A stretch of 50,386 bases of DNA from Candidatus Geocrenenecus huangii (GCA_023254095.1 JALNLM010000009.1:1-50386); one strand, 5' to 3'. Positions 1 through 12,153 are shown, numbered from the stretch's first letter. Notes: generated by a model not told the origin, from the sequence alone. Program-made: numbers and translations.

Positions 1-2
1 TG

Positions 3-233
3 AGGAAGCTAATAGACCTAACTGATGATATAAGGATCCCCATAGAACCGCATCCATATAGATTTGAAGAAGCTATCAAGATGCTTGAGAGGGGAAACCC
101 AACCATCGTAGATGCAATAGAAGAAGGTATAGTGATACAGGCGGGAGAAGAATATGGTAAACTGCTTAGCAAATATCGGGAAATGAAGAACTCTGGAAAG
201 CTTCAAAGAACTAAGACAACGATTACCTTTTGA
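3..233 (+). CDS. C-terminal part of a minimal nucleotidyltransferase (MNT)-type protein, truncated by the window edge
   Basis: Not in the ORF track. Frame from position 3 reads RKLIDLTDDIRIPIEPHPYRFEEAIKMLERGNPTIVDAIEEGIVI...TITF* (TGA 231-233). The IEPHPYxxEE...GNPxIxDAIEEG pattern is typical of archaeal MNT C-termini. Confidence 0.7.
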   Translation, partial: RKLIDLTDDIRIPIEPHPYRFEEAIKMLERGNPTIVDAIEEGIVIQAGEEYGKLLSKYREMKNSGKLQRTKTTITF

Positions 234-692
234 AAGTTTATTTTAGCATGGAAAGAACAGCAACGGCATGGTATATTTCTCTATAATATGGGGTCGTTGA
301 GCCTATCATTGTGAACTACCTTGAAGATGGAGTAGATGTAGAAGAAGGCTCATTGAACTATACGCTTGTCCTTGAAAGCTTGTAGGAAACCTCTAAAGCT
401 TATTCCAAACTTTTACCCACAATAAGTTATTAGAGGAGCACGAAATCATGGGCAATTTTCATGTCAGCATTTGAGTAAATTTTCTAGCTGGTGATGAGAC
501 TCGATTATAACATTCCCTCGCTTAATTGCTTGGTTAAGTTAATAATTCCACTTTAAGAGACCGTATTTTCTATGCAAGTTTTAGTCTACTAGGAATAGTA
601 AGTAGTCTCATCTAAGAGTTGGTGAAAAATGCTAGCTACAATTATTCTTAATTTATTCTTAATATATTGCTGGTTGATTAACTAATAGAAGG

Positions 693-2204
693 ATGTCGTC
701 CTTGAAATTGAAGCTTCCAGGAGCTGTATACTTTGTATCTAATATCTATAGCCTTTTCACAGGGCTAGCGTTCACCGTTATCGTCACGCGAAGTCTGACG
801 GTATCAGATTTCGGCTTCTGGACTATGATATCACAATATCTAGCTTATACGGCTATTCCGCTCTCAAGTATAGCTTCTTTCTGGATTGTGAGGTATGTTG
901 CTAGAGGGTTCAAGCAAGCAATAAAAAGTGGTTTATTATTTGGGCTAATATTCTCATCAATAGGTCTGTCGCTGTATTTACTGGTGGCCTTTTTAGCAAA
1001 TACCTATTTTTCACAACCTATAACAATACTAGTTCTAGCTGCGCCACAAGCGGTAACATATGTAATCCTTGGTGCATTGAATAGTGCAATTACTGGATTT
1101 TCTCCAATCCATATTGGCATCTCCAGCGCAGTCTTCGAAACCTCAAAGGTCATTTTAGCATATCATTTCGTGAGGGTGCTCAATTTAGGTTTGGTAGGCG
1201 CGATAATCTCAGTAATGATGGCACAGGTAATTCAATTAATCTATTTGCTGTTCATACTTCATGGAAGTATAAAACAGGGTATGGTGGATCGTAGCTTAAT
1301 TAAAAAGTGGTTTAGGCTTTCTTGGCTACCGGTTTACGAGCTTTTTTCAGGAGTGATTGGCGGTCTTGATGTTCTAATAGCTAGGACTATTTTTTCAGCA
1401 GATGCATTGATAGGCATTAAAAATGTTGCGGGAATTGCCGGATCTTTTCCAAGATATGCTTCGTCATTGTCGCTATCCTTGTACCCTAGGAGTTTGAGGA
1501 CACTTAAAAATGAGGAATGGCAAAGAGATCTGGAGGAATCATTAAGATTCATGAGCTTAATAGCAATACCGATCTCATTTGGCAATATAGCACTAATGGA
1601 TCTAATACTTACAATATTCGGGAAGGACTACGGTGGGGCCTATCTTGCTGGAATCATGATGTCCATAGTTTTTCTAATAGGCCTGCTAAATTCCGTAATT
1701 GAGCCTGTCATAAGGGGCGGCGAAACTACTGATTTAAAAGATGAAGCTTCCCTTAAAGAATACTTAAAGAGTAGGCTTTTTAAACTTATAACGGTAAATC
1801 ATCTCTCCGCAATTGTCTACACGATATGTGTAGCCATGTTTCTCATGTTATCAACTGGAGACATTTATGAGGCTGCATTATACTGGAGCCTAGCATCTTT
1901 CACTAGTATACCGTTCATTGCGTATAAGATTAAAATGCTTAGTAATATGAACGTAAGGCTTATGCTTCCCCTGAGAAATATACTAAACTATGCAGCTTCA
2001 TCATTATTGATGTCTCTGTTAATCTATGTATTAAGGCTCACATTCTTCGATAATCTAGCCAAAAATGTTGTCGGATTGCTGACGGAAATAACAATGCTGA
2101 CGGTTATAGGTAGTTGCCTCTACTTCCTAGTAGTGTCCCTTATAGATGGTTATGCAAGAAAGATTCTTGCACAAAGCATGGCGCTATTTAGGAGCATGAT
2201 CTAA
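693..2204 (+). CDS. Oligosaccharide flippase (Wzx/MOP superfamily)
   Basis: 503 aa, hydrophobic throughout with many TM segments, 'TRSLTVSDFGFW' N-terminal motif, located among glycosyltransferases. Confidence 0.85.
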   Translation: MSSLKLKLPGAVYFVSNIYSLFTGLAFTVIVTRSLTVSDFGFWTMISQYLAYTAIPLSSIASFWIVRYVARGFKQAIKSGLLFGLIFSSIGLSLYLLVAFLANTYFSQPITILVLAAPQAVTYVILGALNSAITGFSPIHIGISSAVFETSKVILAYHFVRVLNLGLVGAIISVMMAQVIQLIYLLFILHGSIKQGMVDRSLIKKWFRLSWLPVYELFSGVIGGLDVLIARTIFSADALIGIKNVAGIAGSFPRYASSLSLSLYPRSLRTLKNEEWQRDLEESLRFMSLIAIPISFGNIALMDLILTIFGKDYGGAYLAGIMMSIVFLIGLLNSVIEPVIRGGETTDLKDEASLKEYLKSRLFKLITVNHLSAIVYTICVAMFLMLSTGDIYEAALYWSLASFTSIPFIAYKIKMLSNMNVRLMLPLRNILNYAASSLLMSLLIYVLRLTFFDNLAKNVVGLLTEITMLTVIGSCLYFLVVSLIDGYARKILAQSMALFRSMI

Positions 2205-3120
2205 CTCTAACTCGAAATTGATCTAGCATCAGCTGATAAATCATCCCAATAGTCCTGATATCCTGCCTTAACACCTCTATCAAAGGTAGAATGATTTTTT
2301 CCGAAACGCTAAGATTTGGTATCTTTATATATTTGCGTAAATAGTGTACGTATAATAGTGGTTGCAGTATTGGAAAGATTATGCATGAAAGCAAGACTAT
2401 ATTTCTGAACCTCCATAAACCCTCCATATCTGGATGCTTCTTGGCTACGAGTACATAGCTCCTCCCATATCTGAAGTTCGTTTTTATTATTCTTGCTCTT
2501 TCTAGATGTATGGCATAGTAATTCAGATACGCTAACTTGTAGCCTCTCTTCCTGATCCTATAACTAATATCACTATCCTCCTTCGCTAAGTTAAAGAACT
2601 CATCAAACCCTCCTACCTCTTCAAGCACTTTTCTTTTAAATACTGTGCATGCTGTGTGCAATGCTATCGCCTCGGAAGGATATGGTGGGTGCTGGTGGTG
2701 CAGATATATTGAGAGATTTTTCTCCTGGAATCTACCAAACCATCCTTTGTCCAGAGAAATAGGCTTAAGTTTAGCGGATAAGCCACCGAGTTTTTCATCA
2801 CATTCCAATATCTTAATGGCCTCTAATATGAAATCTCTATTTATGAGGACATCACTATCTAACATAACAATGTAATTTGCAGAAGACTCTCTCCATCCAA
2901 TGTCTCTCGCATATCCCAGACCTTTGCCTCGATCATAAAGCAGCTTTATGTTCATAATCTTTTCATAGTCTTTAATTATGTTTAAGGTGTTATCTACGGA
3001 TCCCCCATCAACGATTATTACTTCTAGTTTAAAGTTGTCTTTCAATTTTGAGACTTCTTTCAGACACTCATTTATCGTTCTTTCAGAGTTTTTCGTTAAT
3101 ATTACGAATGCTATCTTCAA
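2188..3120 (-). CDS. Glycosyltransferase family 2
   Basis: VILTKNSERTI...IIVDGGSVDNT...GLGYARDIG...MLDSD (DxD)...VGGFDE...EDSD motifs; TTG start. Confidence 0.92.
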   Translation of the reverse strand: MKIAFVILTKNSERTINECLKEVSKLKDNFKLEVIIVDGGSVDNTLNIIKDYEKIMNIKLLYDRGKGLGYARDIGWRESSANYIVMLDSDVLINRDFILEAIKILECDEKLGGLSAKLKPISLDKGWFGRFQEKNLSIYLHHQHPPYPSEAIALHTACTVFKRKVLEEVGGFDEFFNLAKEDSDISYRIRKRGYKLAYLNYYAIHLERARIIKTNFRYGRSYVLVAKKHPDMEGLWRFRNIVLLSCIIFPILQPLLYVHYLRKYIKIPNLSVSEKIILPLIEVLRQDIRTIGMIYQLMLDQFRVRVRSCS

Positions 3121-3188
3121 GTCAAACTCATGATCTCTGGACTATCATTTAAAAATTTTTATTGAAGGGTTTAGTGGTTAATTAGAGT

Positions 3189-4430
3189 ATGAAAAAAGAC
3201 CGAGAGAATAATCCAGGACCTTTAAGGATTCTTATCTTAGATGTTCTTTGGAGAGAAAGTATTGAAGAAACTACTCCAGTAATCTTGGGAGGACTCATAC
3301 TTCATCAAAGAGTTCTAGAATACTTGAATAAGAATGTTTTAACCATCGGTCTCTCCTCCCATCCACCTATCTTCAAGCATAGAATTACGTATGCTGTTAG
3401 GCAGGGTTTCAGGAAGCCTCTCAGGCTGGAGTTCTATAGATACTTAGTAAGATTAATGATAGCTTTCTTGAAGATTGTGCGTACTCATAAGCCGCATGTA
3501 GTTTATAATCCCGGCGTTGGTTGGCATAATGATTGGCTAACACTATTTGCTAAGTTTCTTGGATTAAAGACTGTGTCTTATTTTCACCATTACTCATTGC
3601 CTGGAGGCTCTGTAATTTATCCGAGAAACATCTTAGACTTTCCAAGACTAGGGAAAATGTGTAGAGAGTTGAAAAGGGTGAGTCGGATACCGTTCTTTAA
3701 ACTATTAGATTATTTAGTATTGTTTCAGCAATTAAAGACTGTGGATATTGTTTTCACAGGTACGAGCTTCGGGCTAGAGCAGCTTAGAAGAATTGGGAGG
3801 AGAAAACTCGTGTCCCTCACTAGAATAGGTATAGACTTAGAAGAGTTTAACGATGAACCCCCGGCAGATCATGAGAAAATTTGGGATGGTCTATTCGTGG
3901 GTAGAATGGCTCCAGAAAAAGGCATCTATGATCTACTAGATATTTGGAGAAAAGTTGTTGATAAGATCCCAGGCGCGAAGCTCGCAGTAGTGGGCAAAAT
4001 AGTCCAGCAGTATTCTGACAGATGGTTAGATATGGTAAAGAAAATGAGGCTTGAGGAAAATGTTTTCCATCTGGGTGAGCTCGATAGAAAGGAGTTAATA
4101 AAGACATATTATTCTTCAAGAGTATTCGTCTTCCCTTCCAAAATCGAGGGAGCTGGGATAGTTATAGCGGAAGCCATGGTAGCAGGGCTACCTGTAGTGG
4201 CACGAAACCTACCAACATACAAGACGCTTTATTCGGGAGCACCAGCATTCTACCTAGTGGATGATGAAGAGGGCTTCTCTACAAAAATCATACATTTGCT
4301 GACTTTTACGGAGGACAGGCATAGAATGGGATTAGCAAATAGGGCATACGCGATAAAACGATTTTCATGGAAAAATGTTTCACAGAAAATACTAAGCAAT
4401 ATCTCAACCAACATTTTCTGCAAGAACTAG
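3189..4430 (+). CDS. Glycosyltransferase family 4 (GT-B)
   Basis: FVGRMAPEKG and FPSKIEGAGIVIAEAMVAGLPVV (E-x7-E) motifs. Confidence 0.92.
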   Translation: MKKDRENNPGPLRILILDVLWRESIEETTPVILGGLILHQRVLEYLNKNVLTIGLSSHPPIFKHRITYAVRQGFRKPLRLEFYRYLVRLMIAFLKIVRTHKPHVVYNPGVGWHNDWLTLFAKFLGLKTVSYFHHYSLPGGSVIYPRNILDFPRLGKMCRELKRVSRIPFFKLLDYLVLFQQLKTVDIVFTGTSFGLEQLRRIGRRKLVSLTRIGIDLEEFNDEPPADHEKIWDGLFVGRMAPEKGIYDLLDIWRKVVDKIPGAKLAVVGKIVQQYSDRWLDMVKKMRLEENVFHLGELDRKELIKTYYSSRVFVFPSKIEGAGIVIAEAMVAGLPVVARNLPTYKTLYSGAPAFYLVDDEEGFSTKIIHLLTFTEDRHRMGLANRAYAIKRFSWKNVSQKILSNISTNIFCKN

Positions 4431-5378
4431 TTATGGATCTATCATTACATATAGAAAAGCTAAAGCTCTTGCTGGGAAATCTCTTCTAAGAAATGCTAAG
4501 CTTCCAAGAATGTAATCTCTTAAAGATACATCGGCTTTCAATCTCTTGTATCTGTGATAGTTTTTCAGGGCATCGTAACTAAACCAAAAGCGATCCCAAA
4601 GGCTTTGAGTATGTGTTAATCTCCTTGTATGAACCAAATGCCAGACTATTGGCGCTAATTCTTCATTCAAGATAGCGTAAGTGTGAAAACCTTTAATTCT
4701 AACCCAGTACGCCAACATGGACTCCCAAGAATAACCTTTCCGACTCTTCTCAAAGAGCTTCCCCAGAGGGCAGTCTTTAATTAAGCGTCCTAAGAATCCC
4801 ATATTCACGCCGAGTAATACTCCATGGCGTACTACTTTCATCCTAGGAACTTTTATTGCAAACAGAAAACCTGATTTTGAAACCCATCCATAATATTCCT
4901 TGAAGGTGCTAAGTGGGCTGCAATATAGAGGAATATAATTCTGAAATCTGGGCCGCGTCATATATTCATTATATCTTTCAATGGTATTCCCCTTTAAATG
5001 CGCTTTAAATATAATGCCTCCTATGCCTCCTGCATCATTAAATCTCTCAAACAATTCTATGTACTTGGCCACGAATTCTTTTTCGGCAATGGCATCATCG
5101 TCCATGAATATTATTATGTCTCCTGAAGAATTCTTAATGCCTATTTCTTCAGCTTCAGCTACAAACCCCTCCTTCTGGATTATGAGTTTTATTGGAAGTT
5201 CTTTGGAAAATGCTCTTATTAACTCCTCACTACCATCTCCTGATGGCTTAAGAACTATTACGACCTCGTCAGGACAGATTGTCTGATTCACTAAACTTTG
5301 CAATGAATACTGAAGGGCCCAAGCCCTTTGAAAAGATGTAATCACTATCGAGACCGATAACATCTCCAGCGACAACAT
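4431..5378 (-). CDS. Glycosyltransferase family 2
   Basis: SVSIVITSFQR...SLVNQT...GDIIIFMDDDA motifs. Confidence 0.9.
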   Translation of the reverse strand: MLSLEMLSVSIVITSFQRAWALQYSLQSLVNQTICPDEVVIVLKPSGDGSEELIRAFSKELPIKLIIQKEGFVAEAEEIGIKNSSGDIIIFMDDDAIAEKEFVAKYIELFERFNDAGGIGGIIFKAHLKGNTIERYNEYMTRPRFQNYIPLYCSPLSTFKEYYGWVSKSGFLFAIKVPRMKVVRHGVLLGVNMGFLGRLIKDCPLGKLFEKSRKGYSWESMLAYWVRIKGFHTYAILNEELAPIVWHLVHTRRLTHTQSLWDRFWFSYDALKNYHRYKRLKADVSLRDYILGSLAFLRRDFPARALAFLYVMIDP

Positions 5379-5591
5379 ATCATCATCATCATTTTTATTT
5401 TTTCTTATTCCTACATGTTCGGTGTTTGAGTATATACTAGCTCAAGAGCTCGGTCACAAGCATTACAAAATATATGATAGTTTACCATATCTTTCTATAG
5501 CAATACGATAATTGCCACAAAAGATTTACTGTAGCAGCTTCACTGATGTTAAATTAAAACCTAAAATCTAGGTGAGAGAATACAATACTTA

Positions 5592-6998
5592 ATGCACTGT
5601 TTGGCCGTAGGTTGTCCGTACCCTTATATCGGTGGAGGACATAAAAGAACATTTGAAATATTGAAATATCTTAGCGATTTTGAAGTAATTCCAATTTTGT
5701 GCATTCCATATTCAGACTTAATATTCACTGTTGTACTAGAAGAAATTCACAAGCTAGGAAATTTTATTCGTATATTGAAGGAATTGGAACGTTTTGACGT
5801 GGTGATACCTAATGAACTTTATGAGAATCTTGAAAATATTAGCCAAAACATTCAGTACTGCCTTGACTTATTCCAAAAGAAAGGCATGAGTGCCATGATC
5901 TCAAACTTTAGCAAACCTATTCAAAGATTTAAAGACAACATCTCTTTTGCTAAGGATTTTTTCACAAGAATGATTCAGAACAACAAAATAAACCTTAGTA
6001 AACCGAAGTTCATTTATTCTATGGATGGTTCTCCATCCTTTGTGATTACGGGAGCTTTTCTGGCAAAATCTCTTAAACAGAGGCTGTATATTCAACTACA
6101 ATTAGAACCATTTAAATCGCTAAGAGAGATCATAATCAATGATTGGATTGCTAGAGTAATATTCGGTAAGCAGAAAATTTTTAGAGAGATCGTCCGGCTT
6201 CTCTTGCTTATTTTGCAATCCACGTTTTCATTCTCTCATCATAGTTATTCCTATGCGCTCCATAATAACCTTGATGGGTTGCTAGCTGTTTCGGAGGCCC
6301 CGTTAATGATTTCTGGGTTAGATTTATGGGCCAATAAGAAAGGTATAAAGGTGAAGGTGGTGAGACCGGGGAATGCTGTTGAAGAGGATATTTCTAGAAA
6401 ATATGTTGATGAAGAAGAGAGATACAACTTACTTCAAAAGAAAGAAGATATAGCGGTTTATTGGGCACGCCTTCACTCATCTAAGGGATTATTTGATATA
6501 CTTCCTGTTGCTAGGAAGCTGGCTACAGAAGGATATCGTCTGGTAATTATTGGTAGATTCGATAATATTTATGAGAAAAGGGTCTTTTTCAAGATTTGCG
6601 AGGAGCAGAAGCTTAAGAATATAGAGTATCTGGGTTAGCTTCCGCGGGAGAAATTGATTGAGGTAGTTTCAAGGTCTAAGGTTTTGGTATATCCATCTCA
6701 TTCAGATGCTTTCCCTTTAGTTGTATTGGAGGCACTATTCTTGGGATGCTCGGTGGTTGCTTATGATATTCCCGCGATTAGAAGTGTTTACAAGGGATTG
6801 AAGCCTGTCAAAATTGTGAGGGAATATGGCTATAAGGTTATGGCTGAAGAGGCAATAAAGATTCTCAAAAGAGATATCTCCAAGCATGAAGAAGAGCACC
6901 TAGACGATAACTTTACGAACTTCCTGAAAATGCATAGTTCTTGGAGAAACGTCGCTAAAGCTGATATAGAAGCAATTAAAGAAATGATCAGTCGTTAG
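5592..6998 (+). pseudogene. GT4 glycosyltransferase interrupted by one in-frame TAG (6636-6638)
   Basis: ORFs 5592..6638 and 6654..6998 share a frame: ...IEYLG-TAG-LPREKLIEVVSRSKVLVYPSHSDAFPLVVLEA. Read through, this gives a complete 468-aa GT-B protein. Confidence 0.88.
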
Positions 6999-7248
6999 CA
7001 AATTATTCTTTTTACTAAATTAGTGGAGCCTGAGATAAGACCGCTTGAACACGTTTTTAGTAGAATGTTTATTTCAGAGTCTACCTTTCCCGTTCCACTT
7101 AATCTTATCTTATTCTATATTACTTTACTCGATGGGATTCAATAAGCTGAGAATATATTTACTTATAAGCGAGAAAGTATTTAACTAGTAGAGGTTTATT
7201 TATTTCTTAATTTCCATTATTAACATTTAGAAGATTGATGGTGAGAGG

Positions 7249-8253
7249 GTGACAACTTTAAATTTAGATTGTAAGAGCTACAAAGAAGAGAGAATTCTCA
7301 TCACAGGAGGAGCTGGCTTCATAGGCAGCCACCTCGTTGATATTCTCTTAGCCCATGGAGCAGAAGTTATCGTCCTCGATAACTTAAGTAGTGGAAGTTT
7401 GGAGAATCTTAAGCAAGCTTTCAATTACGGAAACTTCACTTTCATCAAAGGAGACCTATTAAGGATAGAAGATTTAAAAAGTTCCTTAGAAAAATGTTGC
7501 ATAGTATACCATCTAGCGGCCAATCCAGAAGTAAGAATTAGTTCTGTAAATCCAGAGATCCATTAAGAGCAGAACATCTTAGCAACATACAATCTATTAG
7601 AAGTGTTGAGAAAGAAAGGCGATGTTGAAACTTTCATCTTCACATCATCTTCCACTGTCTATGGCGAGCCCTCCCGGATCCCGACTCCCGAGGATTACGC
7701 ACCTTTAAAGCCTATATCCGTTTACGGCGCATCTAAGCTCGCATGCGAAGCGCTTATATCAGCTTACGCTCACACCTACGGGTTTAAGGCCATAATCTAC
7801 CGATTAGCCAACATAGTCGGTCCCAGGAGTAAGCATGGAGTAGTCTACGACTTCATCCAGAAGCTGAGGAAGAACCCAAAAGAGCTTGAGATACTGGGGG
7901 GTGGAAGACAAAAGAAATCTTATCTTTACATAGATGACTGCATCGAGGCCATACTGATCGGAACTGCTAGATCGAGAGAACTGGTTGAGGTAATCAACGT
8001 TGGCTCAGAAGACCAGATAGATGTCAGGAGGATAGCAGAGATAGTTATTGAAGAGATGGGACTTAAAGATGTTGAGCTTAAGTTTACTGGAGGAGTAGAT
8101 GGTGGGAGGGGGTGGATAGGAGACGTCAAGAACATGCTTCTAGATATTAGCAAATTGAAGACAAGAGGCTGGAAGCCTAGATATAATAGTGAGCAAGCAA
8201 TCAGGGTTGCCGTGAAGAACATGATTAAGTCCAGGCTGGACATACATTCATAA
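7249..8253 (+). pseudogene. NAD-dependent nucleotide-sugar epimerase/dehydratase (GalE-like extended SDR) interrupted by one in-frame TAA (7564-7566)
   Basis: TGGAGFIGSH in the first part and YGASK in the second. Junction reads PEIH-TAA-EQNILATYNLLEVLRK in one frame; 334 aa when joined. Confidence 0.9.
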
Positions 8254-9201
8254 TAACATCAACAAGAAATACTCTTCAAACCTAGCACACTAAAATTGAT
8301 AAGTAGTATTAACAAGAGGATACGCTAAAAGACTATGTGCGCCCAGACATGAGGCCTGTCAAACTGCTCTTAAATATTAAATGTATTGTACTTATCTAAA
8401 AATAAGTTATGAAAATAGGAGGTGCATTCTTCCTATCTTTATCTTTTTGAACAAATTCCTTCGTTAGATTATAAGCACAGATTCACAGGAAATACTTAAT
8501 GCTTGTTTAAAGATACTTTGAAGAATGAATGATAATATTTTGCTACCGAATAAGTATTAAGATAAGAGATTAGAAACTAAACTTATCCACATTATATTAT
8601 CGAGAGACCGTTAAGTTGAGGTCATTCATGTTTTAATAAATCTCTCAACTATCTCCAGCCTATTCATCTGGAAGCATACATTGAACTATCTCATTCTCTC
8701 CCAAACATTTTCTTTCTCATCCTCAGCAACCTAACGGATCATTCATATAATCCATCTCTACCAGTATACGATCTTTATTTGTCAATGTATGCACTCCTTC
8801 AGCTCTCTAGAATATACCTATTCAACTGTGAGGAAATAGTATTTTTCGAATAGATACTTATCGATGGACTCTCTAATTAACTAATGATAACCTAGGTGTT
8901 TACATAGAATTGTCTAAGCAATCTGACTCCAGTCTAAAAGAATTATTATAAATAATTGACCAGAGTTTTCTGCACAATTATCTATTTGTTAAATATATTG
9001 CTGACGTATTCAAAATCACGTCATGATAACCTAGATAAGACACTTGAAGATCAGGAGATTCCAAATGCTCTCCAAGGGATTTAAGTATGTAGCTTCCTTT
9101 ACTGAATTCTAAAGTAGGTCCTATAACCGCCAGCCTCAATTCCAAAAAGTGATTATATGAAAGTTTATTTGTAGTTTTGTTTATCTTATGATGTAATCAC
9201 C

Positions 9202-10266
9202 ATGTTAAGACTGGCTACAGCTGTATCCTAATACCCATTCTATAATTTTAGATACCTAAAATTATTATCTGAATTTTCCAACTATTTCTCCCTCTACATA
9301 TTTGCAGGCTCGAAATTATATGATGGGAAGATGTTTGATAGGGATGAATCTTACCGAGTTTACTACTTATTTCCATTCCTGATCCCTAAAAGAGTAAAAT
9401 ACTATATTGGAGGAATGATTTCACAGGTAATCATTAATCTCGTAAAGCCTGACATAGTGTGGCTCTTCGATACAGCAGCCCCTCTTACCCCTCTAACAAT
9501 CAATAGGCCAATAGTACTGGATATAGATGATCCAAATTTCAACCATAAAAACAAGCTATCACGATTAAAAGACCTATACATTCTAAGGAATAAACGTGTT
9601 AGAAAAATTGTCGTTCCGACAGAAATGATAAAACGTAAATTCATTAGATTTTATGGAATTCCAAAGGATAGAATTGAGGTGTTGCCTAACGGTGTTGATT
9701 TAGAACTGTTTAGAGCGACAGATATACCGGATGAAGACATAGTTCTCTATTATGGCACGTTGGCCCCTTATCGCTCTAGATTTCTAATAAAAGTTATAGA
9801 AAATACCTTAATGCTCAGAAAAGATGTAAAGTTTATTATTATAGGAGATATACCCACATGGTTTAAAGAATATCTCATAAAGAGAAATCTAACAGATAGC
9901 GTCATTACCCCAGGATTTGTGGAGCATGATAAACTACCGGAATGGATTAGGAAAGCGAAAGTATGTATATTTACACAGGATATTTCTCTAGGAGGTAGAC
10001 TTTCATTTAAGCTTCTCGAATACATGGCCTCTGGTAGACCTATCGTTGCCACGGATGTGGATGAATCTTGGCCTGTTAGAGAATCTGGCGCAGGAATAAT
10101 TACACCAATAGACCCTAAGATATTTGCAGAAGATGTTATCACGTTATTGGAAGATAAGAAACTAGCAAAAGAATTAGCTGAGAAAGGAATCGAATATGCT
10201 AGAAGATTCAGCTGGGATGAAATGGTTAAAAAGTACATAAAATGCTTTATGGAAATAATAGGATAA
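9202..10266 (+). pseudogene. GT4 glycosyltransferase with an in-frame TAA at codon 10 (9229-9231); ORF track shows only 9331..10266
   Basis: From ATG 9202: MLRLATAVS-TAA-YPFYNFRYLKLL...GSKLYDGKMFD, aligning with the N-terminus of the 13327 paralog (LFALVSHFPFSN...GSKIF). C-terminal KLLEYMASGRPIV motif. Confidence 0.78.
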
Positions 10267-10397
10267 AGATAATTTCAGCGCATGATGGCGCTCTAGGAAG
10301 CCGGGAATACCAAAGTTTGTCTTCAGAAATTGCTCCGCAAAGGGGAGTCTGTATTAATACAAGCTTATATAAAGCGATAACTATGTGAACAATAACC

Positions 10398-11304
10398 TTG
10401 GCATTTTTCTCCGTCATTACTCCAACTTTTAATAGGGCTCCTATGCTTAAAGATGCTATTGAATCTGTACTCATTCAGGATTTCAAAGAGCTAGAGCACA
10501 TAATCATAGACAATGGCTCAACAGATGAAACCTCAAAAATTGTGGAAGATTATGCCAGAGAATTTCCCAACATCCATTTTATTAGTTTGCCTAAACCTAA
10601 TTTACCCAGAGCTATAAATGAAGGACTAATAAAATCCCGTGGACGAGTAATTGGAATTCTATGCGACGATGACCTGTATCCTCAAGGTGCTTTACAGGCG
10701 ATAGCACAAGTATTTCATGATAATAAAGAAGTTGACATAGTTTCCACGGGTATTCAAATAGTAAGAAACATTGGTAATCAGTTTATTGTGGAAAAAGAAG
10801 CGTATCCTAAATTCAGCGTACACGACCTTTTGTTCCATACACCCTATGAATCTGCAAGATTCTTGAGAAGGTCACTTATCTATAAGGTCGGCCTTCTTAA
10901 CGAAGATCTTGGAGTTTCTAGTCAGAGAGAATGGCCTCCTCAGAATAGCGTTAACGGATCCAAAAATCTTCTATCTCAACCGTGTCTGTTATATTTTGAG
11001 AAGACATTCCCATTCATTAACATGGAATTTTGATCCATATTCAAAATTGAAATGGCTGCCAAACCATATCCGAATCGCCCGTCATTATCTGAAGGTAGTA
11101 AATGACGTAAAATTACGTCAAATCTTCAAACAGTGGTCAAATCGTCAATCCTATGCGGGTTTCCGATTATCTCTTAAGAGGGGCATGCTAAAAAAATCAT
11201 TGTGGTTTATAATACATGGACACATTAACGATCCGGCCATGACATCCAAAATCCTATGTCAAGCAATAAAACGTAGGACTAAGAGGCATGGTTATGCTCA
11301 TTAG
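10398..11304 (+). pseudogene. GT2 glycosyltransferase with a +1 frameshift near 10935
   Basis: FSVITPTFNR...IIDNGSTD...LCDDD in the first frame. Removing one C from TGGCCTCCTC gives REW-LLRIALTDPK, joining ORF 10909..11304 (301 aa total). Confidence 0.82.
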
Positions 11305-11439
11305 TATTCATTATCCATAAATACTTTGGCAACTATAAAACATATTTATCCGGCTCATCTGCCAGCAATAAATCTAATAATTGCTTTCCAGTTGACGGAT
11401 AGACATAAATGCTAGATTACTTCTATTAATACCACTAAA

Positions 11440-12153
11440 TTGTTAAGCAATCGTCTTCGCTTGCTTATGAGCAAGTTTAAGCTAAAGTTTCCGATAATAG
11501 TTATTCTTCTCTACCACTCAATAACTGATAAAGAAAGTTCTGACAGGTATACATTGCCAACAAGCATTTTTTATGAGCAGATGAAATATTTGAACGAAAA
11601 TTTTAAGATCATAAGAGTATGCGATTTAAAGAGTATGCTTTCATCAGGTTGTCATAACGAGAATATAGCATGCGTAACATTTGATGATGGTAGATTAGAT
11701 AATTACGAAGTAGCTTTACCAATACTTGAAAGATATAACATAAAGGCCACATTCTTTATCGTAACGAATTTTGTCGGGAAGCCTGTGCCTATGAATTTTA
11801 CTAGAAGAACGGAATTCATGAGTTGGGAGCATATTATTGAACTTTCAGATAAAGGTCACGAAATTGGTTCACACTCAATCTCACATCCTAATCTTCTCAA
11901 CCTTCCATTAGATACTACGCGAAGAGAAATAATGATGTCTAAGAAGAAAATCGAGGAAAACATTGCCGGAGAAGTTATGTCGTTCGCATATCCGTATGGA
12001 AAATACAATGAAGTCATCAAGAAGGAAGTGAAGCTTGCAGGCTATGAGAATGCAGTTATTGTCTGTGGAAAAAATATCTCGGTAAAGAGGATAGATTGGT
12101 TAGCCTTACCTAGGATAGAAATAAAACCCAACATGGAACTGCATGATCTTTAG
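11440..12153 (+). CDS. Polysaccharide deacetylase (CE4/NodB family)
   Basis: LLYHSI, VTFDDG, EIGSHSISHP, FAYPYG and LPRI motifs all intact. Confidence 0.9.
   Translation: MLSNRLRLLMSKFKLKFPIIVILLYHSITDKESSDRYTLPTSIFYEQMKYLNENFKIIRVCDLKSMLSSGCHNENIACVTFDDGRLDNYEVALPILERYNIKATFFIVTNFVGKPVPMNFTRRTEFMSWEHIIELSDKGHEIGSHSISHPNLLNLPLDTTRREIMMSKKKIEENIAGEVMSFAYPYGKYNEVIKKEVKLAGYENAVIVCGKNISVKRIDWLALPRIEIKPNMELHDL

Noticed and set aside
18-206. 62-aa minus-strand ORF in the track
   Set aside because: It is the shadow of the plus-strand MNT C-terminus at 3-233.
5592-10266. Stop-codon reassignment (pyrrolysine or alternative code) explaining the in-frame stops
   Set aside because: The stops are of two types (TAG and TAA) and co-occur with frameshifts. 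Core genes terminate normally with TAG (rpl23, rpoD), TAA (rpl18e) and TGA (rpl3). No pyl genes are seen.
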